Origin: Firmicutes bacterium UBA3943
Lineage (GTDB): Bacteria; Bacillota; UBA4882; UBA10575; UBA3943
DNA length: 64,000 nucleotides
Assembly (NCBI GenBank): GCA_002385625.1
Contig: DGDV01000021.1
Location: 5,474-69,473 of the forward strand
Direction: 5' to 3'
A program made the translations under genes and the position numbers. The notes beneath the pieces are model-generated. The model was not told the DNA's origin, searched no databases, and worked only from the letters and a program-made list of their open reading frames with translations. Of the stretch, positions 1 through 11,665 are shown piece by piece. Position 1 is the first letter of the stretch; each line of letters starts with the position of its first letter.

Positions 1-101
1 AGATGAATCCGAGAGGGACCCGTATCTTCGGACCTGTCGCCCGTGAATTGCGGGAACGGGATTTTATGAAGATCGTCTCCCTAGCTCCTGAGGTTCTATA
101 G
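1..101 (+). CDS. rplN: 50S ribosomal protein L14, 3' end (truncated by window)
   Basis: Frame 3 reads [31 protein letters not shown] then TAG at 99-101; lies before rplX. Confidence 0.97.
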   Translation, partial: MNPRGTRIFGPVARELRERDFMKIVSLAPEVL

Positions 102-131
102 GTAACGTCAGTTGGGAGAGGAGGTCGGAAC

Positions 132-455
132 GTGGGCGCGAAAACGCATTTGAAAAAGGGCGATGAGGTCATCTTGTTGGCCGGTAAGGATAAGGGGCGC
201 AAAGGCAAGATCCAACGCGTACTTCGTCCTGAAGGCGCAGTTATCATTGAAGGTTTAAATCTTGCGAAGAAACATGCCAAACCCACCAAGACCAATCCCC
301 AAGGTGGGGTCATCGACAAAGCCATCCCGGTTCCCATGGGGAAAGTCATGATAGTATGCAGTGGTTGTAACCAGCCAACCCGCATCAAACGGGATCGGGC
401 CAGCGACGGCACCTTGGTACGGGTCTGTAAGAAATGTGGGCGGACCTTAGACTAA
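132..455 (+). CDS. rplX: 50S ribosomal protein L24
   Basis: KKGDEVILLAGKDKG KOW motif; spc operon order. Confidence 0.97.
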   Translation: MGAKTHLKKGDEVILLAGKDKGRKGKIQRVLRPEGAVIIEGLNLAKKHAKPTKTNPQGGVIDKAIPVPMGKVMIVCSGCNQPTRIKRDRASDGTLVRVCKKCGRTLD

Positions 456-476
456 GGCTGAGAGGAGGTGCGACCT

Positions 477-1019
477 GTGTCGCGATTGCGGGAAAAGTAT
501 AATCAAGAAATTATTCCGGCATTGAAGAGCCGTTTTGGCTATAAGAACGTGATGCAGATTCCCAAGCTAGAAAAGATCGTTATTAACATGGGTGTTGGGG
601 AAGCAACCGCGGATGCCAAGGCCATTGATGCGGCGGTTAATGATCTGACCCAGATCGCCGGGCAACAACCTGTGGTAACACGGGCGAAGAAGTCCATCGC
701 CGCTTTTAAGGTTCGGACCGGTATGCCCGTTGGTTGCAAGGTCACATTGCGCGGTGAACGGATGTACGAGTTCATGGACAAACTGATCAACCTGGCGTTG
801 CCGCGTATCCGCGACTTCCGCGGGGTTTCTCCGAAAGCCTTTGACGGTCGTGGTAACTACACTTTGGGGATCAGGGAGCAATTGATCTTCCCGGAGATTA
901 ACTACGACAAGGTTGATAAGATTCGCGGGATGGACATTGTGATTGTTACCACGGCAAAAACCGATGAAGAGGCATATGAGCTTTTGAAGCTGTTTGGTAT
1001 GCCTTACCGGGCTTCCTAG
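477..1019 (+). CDS. rplE: 50S ribosomal protein L5
   Basis: [26 protein letters not shown] start chosen from GGAGGTG RBS. Confidence 0.97.
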   Translation: MSRLREKYNQEIIPALKSRFGYKNVMQIPKLEKIVINMGVGEATADAKAIDAAVNDLTQIAGQQPVVTRAKKSIAAFKVRTGMPVGCKVTLRGERMYEFMDKLINLALPRIRDFRGVSPKAFDGRGNYTLGIREQLIFPEINYDKVDKIRGMDIVIVTTAKTDEEAYELLKLFGMPYRAS

Positions 1020-1038
1020 GAAGAGGAGGTAGGCAAAG

Positions 1039-1224
1039 ATGGCAAAGACATCAATGAAGATTCGCGCCAGCCGGCCGATGAAGTACGCGGTTCGTAAGTA
1101 CAACCGGTGTAAGATCTGCGGGCGGCCCCGGGCGTATATGCGTAAGTTTGGCATGTGCCGGATTTGCTTCCGTAATCTCGCCCTGCGCGGGGAGATTCCG
1201 GGAGTGACCAAGGCCAGTTGGTAA
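1039..1224 (+). CDS. rpsZ: 30S ribosomal protein S14, zinc-binding type Z
   Basis: 61 aa, CKICGRPR...CRIC. Confidence 0.96.
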   Translation: MAKTSMKIRASRPMKYAVRKYNRCKICGRPRAYMRKFGMCRICFRNLALRGEIPGVTKASW

Positions 1225-1243
1225 GGAAGGAGGCTATGGTGAC

Positions 1244-1639
1244 ATGGTCATGACAGACCCCATTGCCGATATGCTGACGCGGATTCGCAACGCGAACGTG
1301 GTGCGCAGCAAAATGGTGGAAGTTCCTTCTTCAAAGATCAAGCAAGAATTGGCGAGGATCTTGAAAGAGGAAGGTTATATCGAAGATTATGAAGTCGTGG
1401 AAGACGGAAAACAAGGTGTTATCCGTATCCATTTGAAGTACACGGGTAAGGATCGGGTCATCACGGGTCTGAAACGGATCAGCCGTCCGGGCCTTCGGGT
1501 TTATGCCGGTAAAGATGAGATTCCCCGTGTGTTGGGCGGATTAGGCACGGCAATTCTCTCTACTTCCCAAGGGATTATGACGGACAAAAAAGCCCGCAGT
1601 CAAGGAATCGGAGGAGAAGTGCTCTGCTACATTTGGTAA
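1244..1639 (+). CDS. rpsH: 30S ribosomal protein S8
   Basis: [32 protein letters not shown]. Confidence 0.98.
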   Translation: MVMTDPIADMLTRIRNANVVRSKMVEVPSSKIKQELARILKEEGYIEDYEVVEDGKQGVIRIHLKYTGKDRVITGLKRISRPGLRVYAGKDEIPRVLGGLGTAILSTSQGIMTDKKARSQGIGGEVLCYIW

Positions 1640-1678
1640 TCAGTTTATTACCGCGCTGAAGAACGGGGGTGTTAAAGG

Positions 1679-2218
1679 ATGTCGCGAATTGGACGGAAGC
1701 CCATTACAGTCCCAAGCGGTGTTCAAGTGACCATCGACGGGAACACTGTGAAGGTAAAGGGCCCTAAAGGTGAATTGGCACGGGAGATTCATCCCGATAT
1801 GAAATTGGTTAGTAAAGACGGGGTGCTGGAGGTTGAACGTCCCTCCGATGAGAAGTTTCACAAAGCGCTCCATGGTTTAACCAGGACTCTGGTGGCCAAT
1901 ATGGTTGAAGGCGTGACCAACGGTTTTAGCAAAGAGCTTGAGATCAACGGGGTAGGTTACCGCGCTGCAATGCAAGGGAAAAAGTTGGTTTTGAATATGG
2001 GTTATTCTCATCCGGTGGAAATTGAACCCATGGAAGGGATAACCGTTGAGGTCCCCGCTGCGAATAAGATTATTGTTAAGGGCGCCGATAAACAAACGGT
2101 GGGGCAGATGGCTGCGATTATTCGCGCGGTGCGTCAACCTGAACCTTACATAGGCAAAGGGATTAAGTACGCTAACGAAGTAATCAGACGGAAGGCCGGC
2201 AAATCCGGTAAGAAGTAA
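1679..2218 (+). CDS. rplF: 50S ribosomal protein L6
   Basis: [20 protein letters not shown]. Confidence 0.98.
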   Translation: MSRIGRKPITVPSGVQVTIDGNTVKVKGPKGELAREIHPDMKLVSKDGVLEVERPSDEKFHKALHGLTRTLVANMVEGVTNGFSKELEINGVGYRAAMQGKKLVLNMGYSHPVEIEPMEGITVEVPAANKIIVKGADKQTVGQMAAIIRAVRQPEPYIGKGIKYANEVIRRKAGKSGKK

Positions 2219-2243
2219 GTCCGGGTAAAGGGAGTGGAAAAGA

Positions 2244-2615
2244 ATGATTCAGCGTCCTAATCGAAAGGAAGCCCGTGTTCGGCGGCATATTCGCCTGCGG
2301 AAGAAGATCCAAGGGACAGCCGAGCGTCCGCGGTTGAGTGTTTTTCGCAGCTTACATCATATCTATGCCCAGATTATTGATGACACCGCAGGTCGCACTC
2401 TGATCTCCGCCTCCACCCTGGACCCTGAAGTTAAAGCTGCATTGCCCGGCGCAACCAATAATAAAGAAAGCGCTAAGATTGTCGGGAAAATTGTGGCTGA
2501 ACGGGCAAAAGCCAAGGGGATTACGAAAGTCGTCTTTGACCGGGGCGGACAGATCTATCACGGTCGTGTCGCGGCGCTGGCCGAAGCTGCGCGCGAAAAC
2601 GGCTTGGAATTTTAA
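2244..2615 (+). CDS. rplR: 50S ribosomal protein L18
   Basis: [25 protein letters not shown]. Confidence 0.98.
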   Translation: MIQRPNRKEARVRRHIRLRKKIQGTAERPRLSVFRSLHHIYAQIIDDTAGRTLISASTLDPEVKAALPGATNNKESAKIVGKIVAERAKAKGITKVVFDRGGQIYHGRVAALAEAARENGLEF

Positions 2616-2632
2616 GGCGAGGAGGGATAGCA

Positions 2633-3133
2633 TTGAAGCGCGTTAACCCGAATGGACTGGAATTAACCGAAAAAGTGGTACACATCAACCGTGTGGCAAA
2701 AGTTGTCAAGGGTGGCCGCAGGTTCAGCTTCAGCGCCCTCGTTGTTGTCGGCGACGGGAACGGACACGTTGGGGCTGGTCTGGGCAAAGCCAGCGAGGTT
2801 CCGGAGGCAATTCGCAAAGGCGTGGAAGATGCCAAGAAAAATCTTATTGAAGTGCCGCTGCTTAATACAACAGTACCTCACCCCATTGAAGGCAGGTTTG
2901 GCGCCGGTAAGGTTTTATTAAAGCCCGCAGCTCCCGGTACGGGTGTGATCGCGGGTGGTCCGGTCCGGGCAGTCCTGGAACTGGCCGGTATTCGGGATAT
3001 CCTCACCAAGTCGCTGGGTTCGGCCAACCCCATTAACATGGTGAATGCCACTATGGAAGGGTTAAAGAACATGAAGCGTGCCGAGGATGTCGCGAAACTC
3101 CGCGGAAAAACCGTGCAAGAGATCGTCGGCTAG
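2633..3133 (+). CDS. rpsE: 30S ribosomal protein S5
   Basis: [22 protein letters not shown]. Confidence 0.98.
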   Translation: MKRVNPNGLELTEKVVHINRVAKVVKGGRRFSFSALVVVGDGNGHVGAGLGKASEVPEAIRKGVEDAKKNLIEVPLLNTTVPHPIEGRFGAGKVLLKPAAPGTGVIAGGPVRAVLELAGIRDILTKSLGSANPINMVNATMEGLKNMKRAEDVAKLRGKTVQEIVG

Positions 3134-3144
3134 GAGGGAAGAAC

Positions 3145-3348
3145 ATGCCCAGAAAAAAGGCTGCTGTTGAAAAACAGTTGAGTATTACATGGAAACGCAG
3201 TGCCATCGGGCGTCCAGAGGACCAAAAGGCGACTATTGCCGCTTTGGGTCTGCGCCGGCTCAATCAAACTGTTGTCAAACAGGATAATCCGGCAATCCGT
3301 GGCATGATTGAAAAAGTAAAACATTTGGTTGAAGTCACCGAAGGGTAA
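3145..3348 (+). CDS. rpmD: 50S ribosomal protein L30
   Basis: RSAIG...ALGLRR...[12 protein letters not shown]. Confidence 0.96.
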   Translation: MPRKKAAVEKQLSITWKRSAIGRPEDQKATIAALGLRRLNQTVVKQDNPAIRGMIEKVKHLVEVTEG

Positions 3349-3360
3349 GGAGGTGCCTAC

Positions 3361-3801
3361 GTGAAATTACACGAGTTGCAACCGGCACCCGGTGCGAAAA
3401 CTTCTCCCAAGCGCGTCGGTCGTGGAATTGGTTCCGGACTTGGCAAAACATCGGGGAAGGGTCATAAGGGTCAAAAAGCCCGCTCCGGGGGAGGAAAAGG
3501 TCCTGCTTTTGAAGGTGGTCAGACACCTTTGCAAAGACGTCTGCCCAAAAGAGGTTTCACCAATATTTTCGCCAAGGAATATGCCGAGGTGAATGTGGAA
3601 CAACTTAACCGTTTTGCCGACGGGACCGAGGTAACTCCGGAACTGTTGAAGCAAAGCGGAATTGTAAAGAATCTCAAAGACGGCGTAAGAATTTTAGGTC
3701 AGGGAGAGCTATCCAAACGCTTGACGGTTAAAGCCAATGGTTTCACCAAGTCGGCAGTGGCCAAGATCGAAACAGCCGGCGGAAAAGCCGAGGTGATTTA
3801 G
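3361..3801 (+). CDS. rplO: 50S ribosomal protein L15
   Basis: [32 protein letters not shown]. Confidence 0.98.
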   Translation: MKLHELQPAPGAKTSPKRVGRGIGSGLGKTSGKGHKGQKARSGGGKGPAFEGGQTPLQRRLPKRGFTNIFAKEYAEVNVEQLNRFADGTEVTPELLKQSGIVKNLKDGVRILGQGELSKRLTVKANGFTKSAVAKIETAGGKAEVI

Positions 3802-5052
3802 GTGCTGGAATCAATTAAGACAGCGCTTAAGCTCCCGGATCTCCGGAAGAAGCTTTTATGGACTGTGGCGTTACTCGCCATCTTTCGCCTGGGGGTGCAT
3901 ATCCCTGTTCCTGGTATGACGCCCATCCAGGCCGGACAAAATAACATCTTCGACCTGCTGGATCTTCTGGGTGGGGGCGCATTGAGGCGGATGTCCATTT
4001 TCGCTCTGAGTGTCAACCCCTATATCACGTCTTCCATCATAATGCAGCTTTTGGCGATGGTCATCCCAAGTTTGGAAGCATTGGCCAAAGAAGGTGCCGA
4101 GGGACGGAAGATCATTTCCCAGTACACCCGCTATGGTACAGTGGTGCTCGGCATTATCCAGGCTGCGGCCCTGACATTTAGTTTCCGCGGCAATATGGTG
4201 GATGCCAGCAATCCCTTTAATTATGTGGTGGTAATCGCCGGTATGACAGCTGGTTCCATCTTCCTGATGTGGGTGGGCGAAGTCCTCTCCGAACGCGGGA
4301 TCGGGAACGGTATTTCCATGCTGATCTTTGCCGGGATCGTTGCCAGGTTGATGCCTGAAACGATCGCTACCGTCAAATCTCTGGGGCAAGGCGGCGTAAG
4401 CTTCTTTAACTTGCTTTTGTTCATTGCCGTTTCGATTGTGGTGATTTACGGCGTGGTGAAAGTAACCGAGGGCGAGCGGCGGATTCCTGTCCAGTACGCC
4501 AAAAGAATGGTGGGCCGCCGGATGTATGGCGGACAGTCCACCCACCTGCCGTTGCGGGTGAATATGGCCGGTGTTATTCCGGTGATCTTCGCCTCTTCGG
4601 TGCTGGCATTTCCGTCGACATTAGCGCCGCTCTTTAAACAAGGTAGTTTCATGTTTAGAGTGTTAAGCGTCTTTAACCCCGGTCATCCAGTGTATCTGGT
4701 GTGTTATGCCATCTTCATCTTTTTCTTCACCTACTTCTATACCGCGGTTACCTTCAACCCGGTAGAAGTATCCAATAACTTGAAGAAATATGGCGGCTTC
4801 ATTCCGGGAATTCGTCCTGGACGCTCAACCGCCGAATATTTGGATCGTGTCTTGACACGAATTACCCTGGTTGGTGCCTTCTTCCTGATGTGCGTATCAT
4901 TGCTGCCGTATCTCCTGGCTGTTTTAACTCCGGGCGTAAGGATCGGCTTTGGTGGTACTGCCCTGCTGATTGCAGTTGGTGTGGCGATTGATACCATGAA
5001 GCAGATTGAAGCCCACTTGCTGATGCGGCAATATGAGGGATTCTTAAAGTAA
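3802..5052 (+). CDS. secY: Preprotein translocase subunit SecY
   Basis: Multi-TM; NPYITSSII, GIGNGISMLIF, IPGIRPG, GGTALLI. Confidence 0.98.
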   Translation: MLESIKTALKLPDLRKKLLWTVALLAIFRLGVHIPVPGMTPIQAGQNNIFDLLDLLGGGALRRMSIFALSVNPYITSSIIMQLLAMVIPSLEALAKEGAEGRKIISQYTRYGTVVLGIIQAAALTFSFRGNMVDASNPFNYVVVIAGMTAGSIFLMWVGEVLSERGIGNGISMLIFAGIVARLMPETIATVKSLGQGGVSFFNLLLFIAVSIVVIYGVVKVTEGERRIPVQYAKRMVGRRMYGGQSTHLPLRVNMAGVIPVIFASSVLAFPSTLAPLFKQGSFMFRVLSVFNPGHPVYLVCYAIFIFFFTYFYTAVTFNPVEVSNNLKKYGGFIPGIRPGRSTAEYLDRVLTRITLVGAFFLMCVSLLPYLLAVLTPGVRIGFGGTALLIAVGVAIDTMKQIEAHLLMRQYEGFLK

Positions 5053-5060
5053 GGAGCGAC

Positions 5061-5705
5061 ATGATGAAGAACCTGATTCTCTTAGGGCCTCCGGGCGCGG
5101 GAAAAGGAACGCAGGCCGAAAGGTTGACTGCCGCCTATAAGGTACCGCACATCTCCACCGGTGATATCTTCCGGGCGGCGATCAAGGAAGGAACCCCCTT
5201 GGGCCTGAAGGCGAAGAGTTATATGGACGCCGGCGAACTTGTTCCGGACGAAGTAGTCATCGGAATTGTGGCGGACCGTTTGAATGAAGCCGACTGCCGG
5301 GAGGGCTTTCTCCTTGACGGCTTTCCAAGGACAATTCCGCAGGCCGATGCCCTGGACACTTATTTAAAAGATCGTCCCGTCACACGGGTGATCAATATTG
5401 CAGTGGATCCGGAACTCTTGGTTAAGCGGCTGTCCGGGCGCCGCATCTGTCGGAATTGCCAAACGCCGTACCATGTGGAGACCAAACAGGAAAAGATCGC
5501 CGGTCAGTGCGATCTGTGCGGCGGCGAACTCTTTCAGCGGGATGACGACCGGGAAGAGACCATCCGGAAACGCTTGGCGGTCTACCAAAGCCAAACCGAA
5601 CCCTTGATTCGTTACTATCAAGAGAAAGGGCTCCTTTTGACCGTTGATGGCAGCAAGTCCATTGAAGAGGTCTGGATGGAGATTCAAAAGGGTTTGGAGG
5701 CATAG
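5061..5705 (+). CDS. adk: Adenylate kinase (Zn-lid type)
   Basis: GPPGAGKGTQA, LDGFPR, lid CRNC...CDLC. Confidence 0.98.
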   Translation: MMKNLILLGPPGAGKGTQAERLTAAYKVPHISTGDIFRAAIKEGTPLGLKAKSYMDAGELVPDEVVIGIVADRLNEADCREGFLLDGFPRTIPQADALDTYLKDRPVTRVINIAVDPELLVKRLSGRRICRNCQTPYHVETKQEKIAGQCDLCGGELFQRDDDREETIRKRLAVYQSQTEPLIRYYQEKGLLLTVDGSKSIEEVWMEIQKGLEA

Positions 5706-5710
5706 GTTAG

Positions 5711-6496
5711 ATGATCGTACGAAAATCCGCCCAAGAAGTCGCACGGATGCGTAAGGTCGGCCAAGTGGTGGCCAGTATCTTGTGTCAACTGGCGCGGGAG
5801 GTCAAACCGGGAGTTACCACCGGACAATTAAATAAGTTGGCGGAGGATCTCTGTAAGCAAAGGGGTGTTATACCGGCATTCAAGGGTTATAACGGTTTTC
5901 CTGCCGGGCTGTGCGCCTCCGTTAACGAAGTGGTTGTGCATGGTATCCCGGGGGCCTTGCAATTAAAGGCCGGCGACATCATTGGACTGGACTTTGGCGT
6001 GATCTTGGAGGGATACTACGGCGATGCCGCGCTGACGGTTCCGGTGGGTGAGATTGCCCCTGATGTGCAAAGACTTTTGCAAGTTACCAAAGAAGCGCTT
6101 CATCTGGGGATAGCCCAAGCCCGTCCCGGGAATTGGGTCTCAGATATCTCAAGAGCCATCCAGAACCATGTGGAGACAAACGGATTTTCCGTTGTCCGGG
6201 AGTTCGTGGGGCACGGCATCGGTCACGCGATGCATGAGGAACCGCAAATTCCGAATTTTGTTGCACCGCTGTCGGGTTATGACTGCAAGTTAAAATCAGG
6301 TATGACCCTTGCCATTGAGCCCATGGTGAACATGGGAAGTTATCAGGTAACCATTGATCCCATCGACCACTGGACGGTCCGGACCATAGATCGTAAATAC
6401 TCTGCCCATTTTGAGCACACGGTTCTTGTCACCGACGGCGATCCGGAGATTCTAACGGTTCTTCCGGCCCCGGAGGAGAGTGAGTGGAGTTGGTAA
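5711..6496 (+). CDS. map: Methionine aminopeptidase type I
   Basis: VVHGIP, GHGIG, HEEP, AIEPM, SAHFEHT. Confidence 0.97.
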   Translation: MIVRKSAQEVARMRKVGQVVASILCQLAREVKPGVTTGQLNKLAEDLCKQRGVIPAFKGYNGFPAGLCASVNEVVVHGIPGALQLKAGDIIGLDFGVILEGYYGDAALTVPVGEIAPDVQRLLQVTKEALHLGIAQARPGNWVSDISRAIQNHVETNGFSVVREFVGHGIGHAMHEEPQIPNFVAPLSGYDCKLKSGMTLAIEPMVNMGSYQVTIDPIDHWTVRTIDRKYSAHFEHTVLVTDGDPEILTVLPAPEESEWSW

Positions 6497-6801
6497 AGGC
6501 CACAGTGGACGGCTTGCGCCGGGGACAAATGGTTCAGTCTCTGGCGGGGCGGGACCAAGGGCAGCTATATATAATCGTCGGGTTTCTTGAAGACCACCTT
6601 TTGCTCTTGGCCAACGGAAGGGAACGTCCCATAACTCGACCGAAAAAGAAGAACATCCGTCATGTGAAGGTGCTCTTCTGGATAGACCCGTCAATTGAAG
6701 CCAAGTTGAATAACGGGGAAACCGTTACGGATGAGGAGATCAGGAATTCCCTAAACCGTAGGCAAGAAGAGCTTGAGGAGGGGGCGATGATACTTGGGTA
6801 A
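6484..6801 (+). CDS. KOW-domain RNA-binding protein (L14e-like)
   Basis: [11 protein letters not shown]...PKKKNIRHV; usual position between map and infA in Bacillota. Confidence 0.85.
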   Translation: MELVKATVDGLRRGQMVQSLAGRDQGQLYIIVGFLEDHLLLLANGRERPITRPKKKNIRHVKVLFWIDPSIEAKLNNGETVTDEEIRNSLNRRQEELEEGAMILG

Positions 6802-7012
6802 GCAGGATGTAATCGAAGTGGAAGGTACTGTTGTTGAGCCATTGCCAAATGCGATGTTTCGGGTGGAATTAGCCAATGGCCACCTTGTGCTGGCCCATAT
6901 TTCCGGGAAAATGCGGATGAATTTTATCAAGATTTTACCGGGGGATCGGGTCACAGTGGAACTGTCGCCTTACGACCTGACGCGTGGGCGGATTGTCTAT
7001 CGGTTCAAGTAA
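6794..7012 (+). CDS. infA: Translation initiation factor IF-1
   Basis: [27 protein letters not shown]. Confidence 0.98.
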   Translation: MGKQDVIEVEGTVVEPLPNAMFRVELANGHLVLAHISGKMRMNFIKILPGDRVTVELSPYDLTRGRIVYRFK

Positions 7013-7070
7013 TTGTCGGGTCCCACTTCGTCTCATAAATGTTATGGTCATACCAAAGGAGGTTTTAACC

Positions 7071-7184
7071 ATGAAGGTTCGTCCCTCAGTAAAACCAATC
7101 TGCGAACAATGCAAAATCATCCGCCGGCACGGGCGGGTCATGGTTATTTGCACTAATCCCAAGCACAAACAAAAACAGGGTTAA
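7071..7184 (+). CDS. rpmJ: 50S ribosomal protein L36 (zinc type)
   Basis: [14 protein letters not shown]...[20 protein letters not shown] before ATG 7071. Confidence 0.97.
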   Translation: MKVRPSVKPICEQCKIIRRHGRVMVICTNPKHKQKQG

Positions 7185-7202
7185 AACGAAGGAGGGAGAA
7201 GG

Positions 7203-7574
7203 ATGGCGCGTATTGCTGGTGTGGATTTACCGCGTGACAAGCGGGTGGAGATCGCCCTTACCTATATTTATGGACTGGGGTTGACCACTTCAAGGGAGAT
7301 CATCGCTAAAACCGGCATCAACCCGGATACACGGGTCCGTGATCTGACGGAAGATGAGATCACCAAGATCAGAGAGGTCATCGACCACGATTATAAGGTT
7401 GAAGGTGACCTGCGGCGGGAAGAAGCCATGAACATCAAACGCTTGATTGAGATCGGCAGCTACCGTGGACTTCGTCACCGGCGCGGACTTCCTGTTCGTG
7501 GTCAAAGGACAAAAACCAACGCCCGGACCCGTAAGGGGCCGAAGAAGACCGTTGGTGCCAAGCGAAAGAAGTAA
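7203..7574 (+). CDS. rpsM: 30S ribosomal protein S13
   Basis: [28 protein letters not shown]. Confidence 0.98.
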   Translation: MARIAGVDLPRDKRVEIALTYIYGLGLTTSREIIAKTGINPDTRVRDLTEDEITKIREVIDHDYKVEGDLRREEAMNIKRLIEIGSYRGLRHRRGLPVRGQRTKTNARTRKGPKKTVGAKRKK

Positions 7575-7591
7575 GAGGGAGGTAGGGAGCC

Positions 7592-7993
7592 ATGGCTACT
7601 AAGACAGCTAGGAAAACCACCCGTACCCGTAAACGCGAGCGCAAGCATGTAGATAGCGGTGTTGCGCATATCTATTCCACCTTTAACAATACCATCGTGA
7701 CCATCACCGATATGCAAGGAAACGTCCTGTCTTGGGCGTCTGCTGGTCACATGGGCTTTAAAGGGTCCCGGAAAAGCACACCCTTTGCTGCGGGCATGGC
7801 TGCGGAATCCGCTGCGAAAGCCGCAATGGAACATGGGATGCGGAATGTCGAGGTGTACGTAAAAGGTCCGGGTGCAGGCCGGGAGACGGCTATTCGTTCC
7901 CTCCAGGCGGCAGGTCTGGAAGTAAACGTGATCAAAGACGTTACACCCATTCCTCATAACGGTTGCCGCCCACCGAAACGTCGGCGGGTGTGA
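7592..7993 (+). CDS. rpsK: 30S ribosomal protein S11
   Basis: [26 protein letters not shown]. Confidence 0.98.
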   Translation: MATKTARKTTRTRKRERKHVDSGVAHIYSTFNNTIVTITDMQGNVLSWASAGHMGFKGSRKSTPFAAGMAAESAAKAAMEHGMRNVEVYVKGPGAGRETAIRSLQAAGLEVNVIKDVTPIPHNGCRPPKRRRV

Positions 7994-8035
7994 CCGGTGG
8001 GAAGTTCGTTTTTAACCTAAGGAGGTGTCTGGAAG

Positions 8036-8662
8036 TTGGCAAGATATGTAGGTCCTGTTTGTCGTCAATGCCGCCGGGAAGGGGAAAAACTCTTCCTTAA
8101 AGGCAACCGTTGCATGACGGATAAGTGCAGTATTGTTCGGAGAAGCTATGCCCCGGGTCTGCATGGCCAAAACCGCAAAAAAGTTTCCGAATACGGCTTG
8201 CAACTGCGGGAAAAGCAAAAACTCCGTCGTATTTACGGATTGTTGGAAGCTCAGTTTGAAAACTACTTTGCGCTGGCTGACCGGAAAAAAGGTATTACCG
8301 GTGAGAACCTGTTGCAGATCTTGGAGAGCCGGTTGGATAATGTGGTTTACCGTTTAGGTTTTGGCAGTTCCCGGCGGGAAGCCAGGCAATTGGTGCGCCA
8401 CGGTCATTTCCTGGTTAACGGCAGAAAGGTCAATATCCCTTCGTATCTTTTGAAGGCGGGGGATACGATCAGTCTAAAAGAGAACAGCCTGGGATTGCCG
8501 CGTATCAAGATGTTGCTTGAAGAAATCGCCGACAAAAGTGTTCCCGAGTGGCTGGAATTGGATACCAACAGCTGGACGGGTCGGGTGAAAGCCCTGCCGC
8601 TTCGTGAGCAAATTGATATTCCGGTACAGGAGCATCTCATTGTCGAGCTCTACTCCAGGTAA
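8036..8662 (+). CDS. rpsD: 30S ribosomal protein S4
   Basis: [26 protein letters not shown]. Confidence 0.98.
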   Translation: MARYVGPVCRQCRREGEKLFLKGNRCMTDKCSIVRRSYAPGLHGQNRKKVSEYGLQLREKQKLRRIYGLLEAQFENYFALADRKKGITGENLLQILESRLDNVVYRLGFGSSRREARQLVRHGHFLVNGRKVNIPSYLLKAGDTISLKENSLGLPRIKMLLEEIADKSVPEWLELDTNSWTGRVKALPLREQIDIPVQEHLIVELYSR

Positions 8663-8710
8663 TCCTGATAAGCCATGACGATTTAGCATGGTTATAGGGA
8701 GGTTTGGAAC

Positions 8711-9652
8711 GTGATCGAAATCGAAAGACCGAAGATTTCTGTTGAGGTCAATGAAGACCGGTATGGAGTCTTCGTCATCGAACCGCTGGAGCGGGGCTAT
8801 GGTACAACCCTCGGCAATTCGTTGCGAAGAATTCTCTTGTCATCCTTGCCCGGTTATGCTGTAACATCTGTCAAGATTGACGGTGTACTCCATGAATTTT
8901 CCACCATACCCGGTGTGGTTGAGGATACGACCGATATCATCCTTAACTTGAAAGAACTAAGACTGAAGATTCACGGGGACGGTCCCAAATTGGGCCGCAT
9001 CGATGTCCAGGGTGAGCGGGTGGTAACGGGCGCTGATATCCAAGTCAGCAGTGACGTGGAGATCCTGACTCCGGATCTGGTTATTGCCCATGTGGGGAAA
9101 GACGGTCACCTGGCGATGGAAATAACCTTGGACAAAGGTCGGGGGTATGTTTCCGCCGAAAAGAACAAGAGCGCGGAGAATGTGATTGGGGTTATTCCTG
9201 TTGATTCCATCTTTACACCCGTGCAAAAGGTGAACTTCCTTGTAGAACCCACCCGGGTCGGGCAAGTGACTAACTATGACAAGTTGCGATTAGAGGTTTG
9301 GACCGATGGCAGCATCACCCCAAGGGAGGCTGTTTCCCTGGCGGCGAAGATCATGACGGAACACCTGATGCTCTTTGTTAATCTCAGCCAAGAGATGAGT
9401 AACCAAGAGATCATGAAGGATAAGCAAGAAGAGTCCAAAAACAAGGTCCTCGAAATGTCCATTGAAGAACTTGATCTGTCGGTCCGTTCCTATAACTGTT
9501 TGAAACGGGCAGGCATTAATTCCGTCGAGGAACTTACCCGGAAAACCGAGGAGGACATGATGAAAGTCCGTAACCTCGGGCGGAAGTCCTTGGAGGAAGT
9601 AGTTCAGAAATTAAGCGAGTACGGACTCAGTCTCCGGAAATCCGAGGACTAA
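8711..9652 (+). CDS. rpoA: RNA polymerase alpha subunit
   Basis: [36 protein letters not shown]. Confidence 0.98.
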   Translation: MIEIERPKISVEVNEDRYGVFVIEPLERGYGTTLGNSLRRILLSSLPGYAVTSVKIDGVLHEFSTIPGVVEDTTDIILNLKELRLKIHGDGPKLGRIDVQGERVVTGADIQVSSDVEILTPDLVIAHVGKDGHLAMEITLDKGRGYVSAEKNKSAENVIGVIPVDSIFTPVQKVNFLVEPTRVGQVTNYDKLRLEVWTDGSITPREAVSLAAKIMTEHLMLFVNLSQEMSNQEIMKDKQEESKNKVLEMSIEELDLSVRSYNCLKRAGINSVEELTRKTEEDMMKVRNLGRKSLEEVVQKLSEYGLSLRKSED

Positions 9653-9688
9653 ACGGGCAAGCTTCTAGTGTATAAGGAGGGAATTCGG

Positions 9689-10030
9689 ATGATCCTGCGA
9701 AAACTCGGGCGGCAGGCCGGTCATCGTAAGGCGCTGTTCCGCAATATTGTAACCGCGCTTTTTGCCAACGAGCGGATCGAGACCACCGAAGTCAAAGCAA
9801 AAGAGGTCCGTGCTTTGGCGGAAAAAATGATCACCTTGGCCAAACGCGGGGATTTACATGCTCGTCGTCAGGTGGCAGAGGTAGTGACGGATCCGGCAGT
9901 CGTGCAAAAACTGTTTGATACCATTGCCCAGCGTTATGCGGACCGAAACGGCGGCTATACCCGTATTTTGAAGATTGGGCCCCGGCGCGGTGACGCTGCT
10001 CCGATGGTTCTGTTGGAACTGGTGAAATAA
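9689..10030 (+). CDS. rplQ: 50S ribosomal protein L17
   Basis: [24 protein letters not shown] 9689 after AGGAGG. Confidence 0.97.
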   Translation: MILRKLGRQAGHRKALFRNIVTALFANERIETTEVKAKEVRALAEKMITLAKRGDLHARRQVAEVVTDPAVVQKLFDTIAQRYADRNGGYTRILKIGPRRGDAAPMVLLELVK

Positions 10031-10031
10031 G

Positions 10032-10850
10032 ATGCAACCCCTGGTGGTCCTGGACAAGATCGTTTTCGGCTATGGCCGGGAAAACGATCAGCCAATTTTT
10101 CACGGCCTCAGCATGGCGTTGAGGCAGGGAGAATTCCGGGCTGTTTTGGGGCCGAATGGCACAGGAAAGTCAACATTAGCCAAGTTGATCTGTGGTATAA
10201 TCCAACCGACTCAGGGCGAGGTTCGTGTGGCCGGGGTTCCGCTGGAGGGCCCTGCAGCATCGAGCCGTCTTTCGTATAGGGTCGGTTTGGTGTTTCAAAA
10301 TCCTGATCATCAAATTATTGCCACCTCTGTTGCGGAAGAGGTGGCTTTTGGTCCATGTAACTTGCAACTTCCCGCTGGTGAAGTAAGGAAACGTGTTCGT
10401 GAGGCGTTGGAAAGATTTAATCTGGAAGGGTTGGCGGAGCACCCGCCCCAGATGCTCTCCGGCGGCGAAAAACGTCGTTTGACGTTGGCGGCTACCTGGG
10501 CCATGCAACCGGATATCTGGGTGCTGGATGAACCCCTTGCCATGCTGGACCCACCGGCTCAGGATGTTACCCTGGAGTTGATCCGGGAGATTCACCGGGA
10601 AGGCAAGACCGTAATCTATTTTGGGCATCGTGTGGACGAGGTCCTGGTGGCCGATCTTGTCTCCGTGCTGTTTAACGGCGGGATTGTCTGGGAAGGAGAG
10701 CCAAGGGAGCTGATCCTTGCCGCCAAGGAGGAATGGGGCTTGACCTTGCCCGAACCGGGGAGAATCTGGCAACAGATCACCGGCGGCAATAGTAATTTTC
10801 CCGTTGCTTCAGTAGAGGAGTTGGTGGCAGCCCTATGGGGATCTACCTGA
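10032..10850 (+). CDS. ecfA1: ECF transporter ATPase EcfA1
   Basis: GPNGTGKS, FQNPD, LSGGE, LDEP; conserved position after rplQ. Confidence 0.9.
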   Translation: MQPLVVLDKIVFGYGRENDQPIFHGLSMALRQGEFRAVLGPNGTGKSTLAKLICGIIQPTQGEVRVAGVPLEGPAASSRLSYRVGLVFQNPDHQIIATSVAEEVAFGPCNLQLPAGEVRKRVREALERFNLEGLAEHPPQMLSGGEKRRLTLAATWAMQPDIWVLDEPLAMLDPPAQDVTLELIREIHREGKTVIYFGHRVDEVLVADLVSVLFNGGIVWEGEPRELILAAKEEWGLTLPEPGRIWQQITGGNSNFPVASVEELVAALWGST

Positions 10851-11665
10851 AGGACATAACTTTGGTGCGCAATGCCGGTACACCTTGGGAAACCAAGGTG
10901 CTGGACTCCGTTTCCCTCCAGATCCGTCCCGGCCGGGCGGTTGGTCTGGTGGGAAACTCCGGCGCGGGGAAATCCAGCTTATTACGGGTAATAGCTGGTT
11001 TAACACCCGTAACCGGGGGGAGTTACGAAAACCGGTTGGGCAAGCCGGTGGGTTTGGTCTTTCAAGAACCCCACCGGGGTTTTTTTGCTGCCAGTGTCTG
11101 GGATGAAGTGGCCTATGGCCCGGAAAGCCTGGGTTGTCCCGTTGATGAGGTTAAGCGCCGCACGAGCGAGGCTTTGTCCCGCGTGGAGCTTCCGCCGGTG
11201 CTCTGGGACAAGTCCCCCTTCCGCTTGTCTGGTGGGGAACAACGCCGGCTGGCCTTGGCTACGGCCTTGGCCATGGCGCCAAAAGCGCTGCTACTGGATG
11301 AACCCACCATTGGGCTGGACCGGTTTGGCCGGGAGATGTTGTACTGCTTGATCCGGGAGGAGCGGAGGCGCCAGGACCACCTGGTGGTAATTGCCTCCCA
11401 TGATCCGGAACTGTTGTTCTCCTTGACCGATGAATTGATCCTTTTGCACCGGGGGAAGCTGGTTTTTCATGCCTCTTGGTCAGCCTGGCGGGAATTTGCC
11501 GGAGTGTTGACTAGTTACGGCGCAAGGTTACCTGCGGCTTTGCAGGCCATAGCCAAGCTGCCGGAGGATTATGGTCTTAAGGGGCAGGAGATTGGCACGC
11601 CTGAAGCAGCCCTTCATGCATTGAAACTGCTCTGGAAGGGAAGATGCAAGCATGGCCGGACTTGA
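10835..11665 (+). CDS. ecfA2: ECF transporter ATPase EcfA2
   Basis: GTPWE N-terminus, GNSGAGKS, SPFRLSGGEQRR, LDEPT. Confidence 0.9.
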   Translation: MGIYLKDITLVRNAGTPWETKVLDSVSLQIRPGRAVGLVGNSGAGKSSLLRVIAGLTPVTGGSYENRLGKPVGLVFQEPHRGFFAASVWDEVAYGPESLGCPVDEVKRRTSEALSRVELPPVLWDKSPFRLSGGEQRRLALATALAMAPKALLLDEPTIGLDRFGREMLYCLIREERRRQDHLVVIASHDPELLFSLTDELILLHRGKLVFHASWSAWREFAGVLTSYGARLPAALQAIAKLPEDYGLKGQEIGTPEAALHALKLLWKGRCKHGRT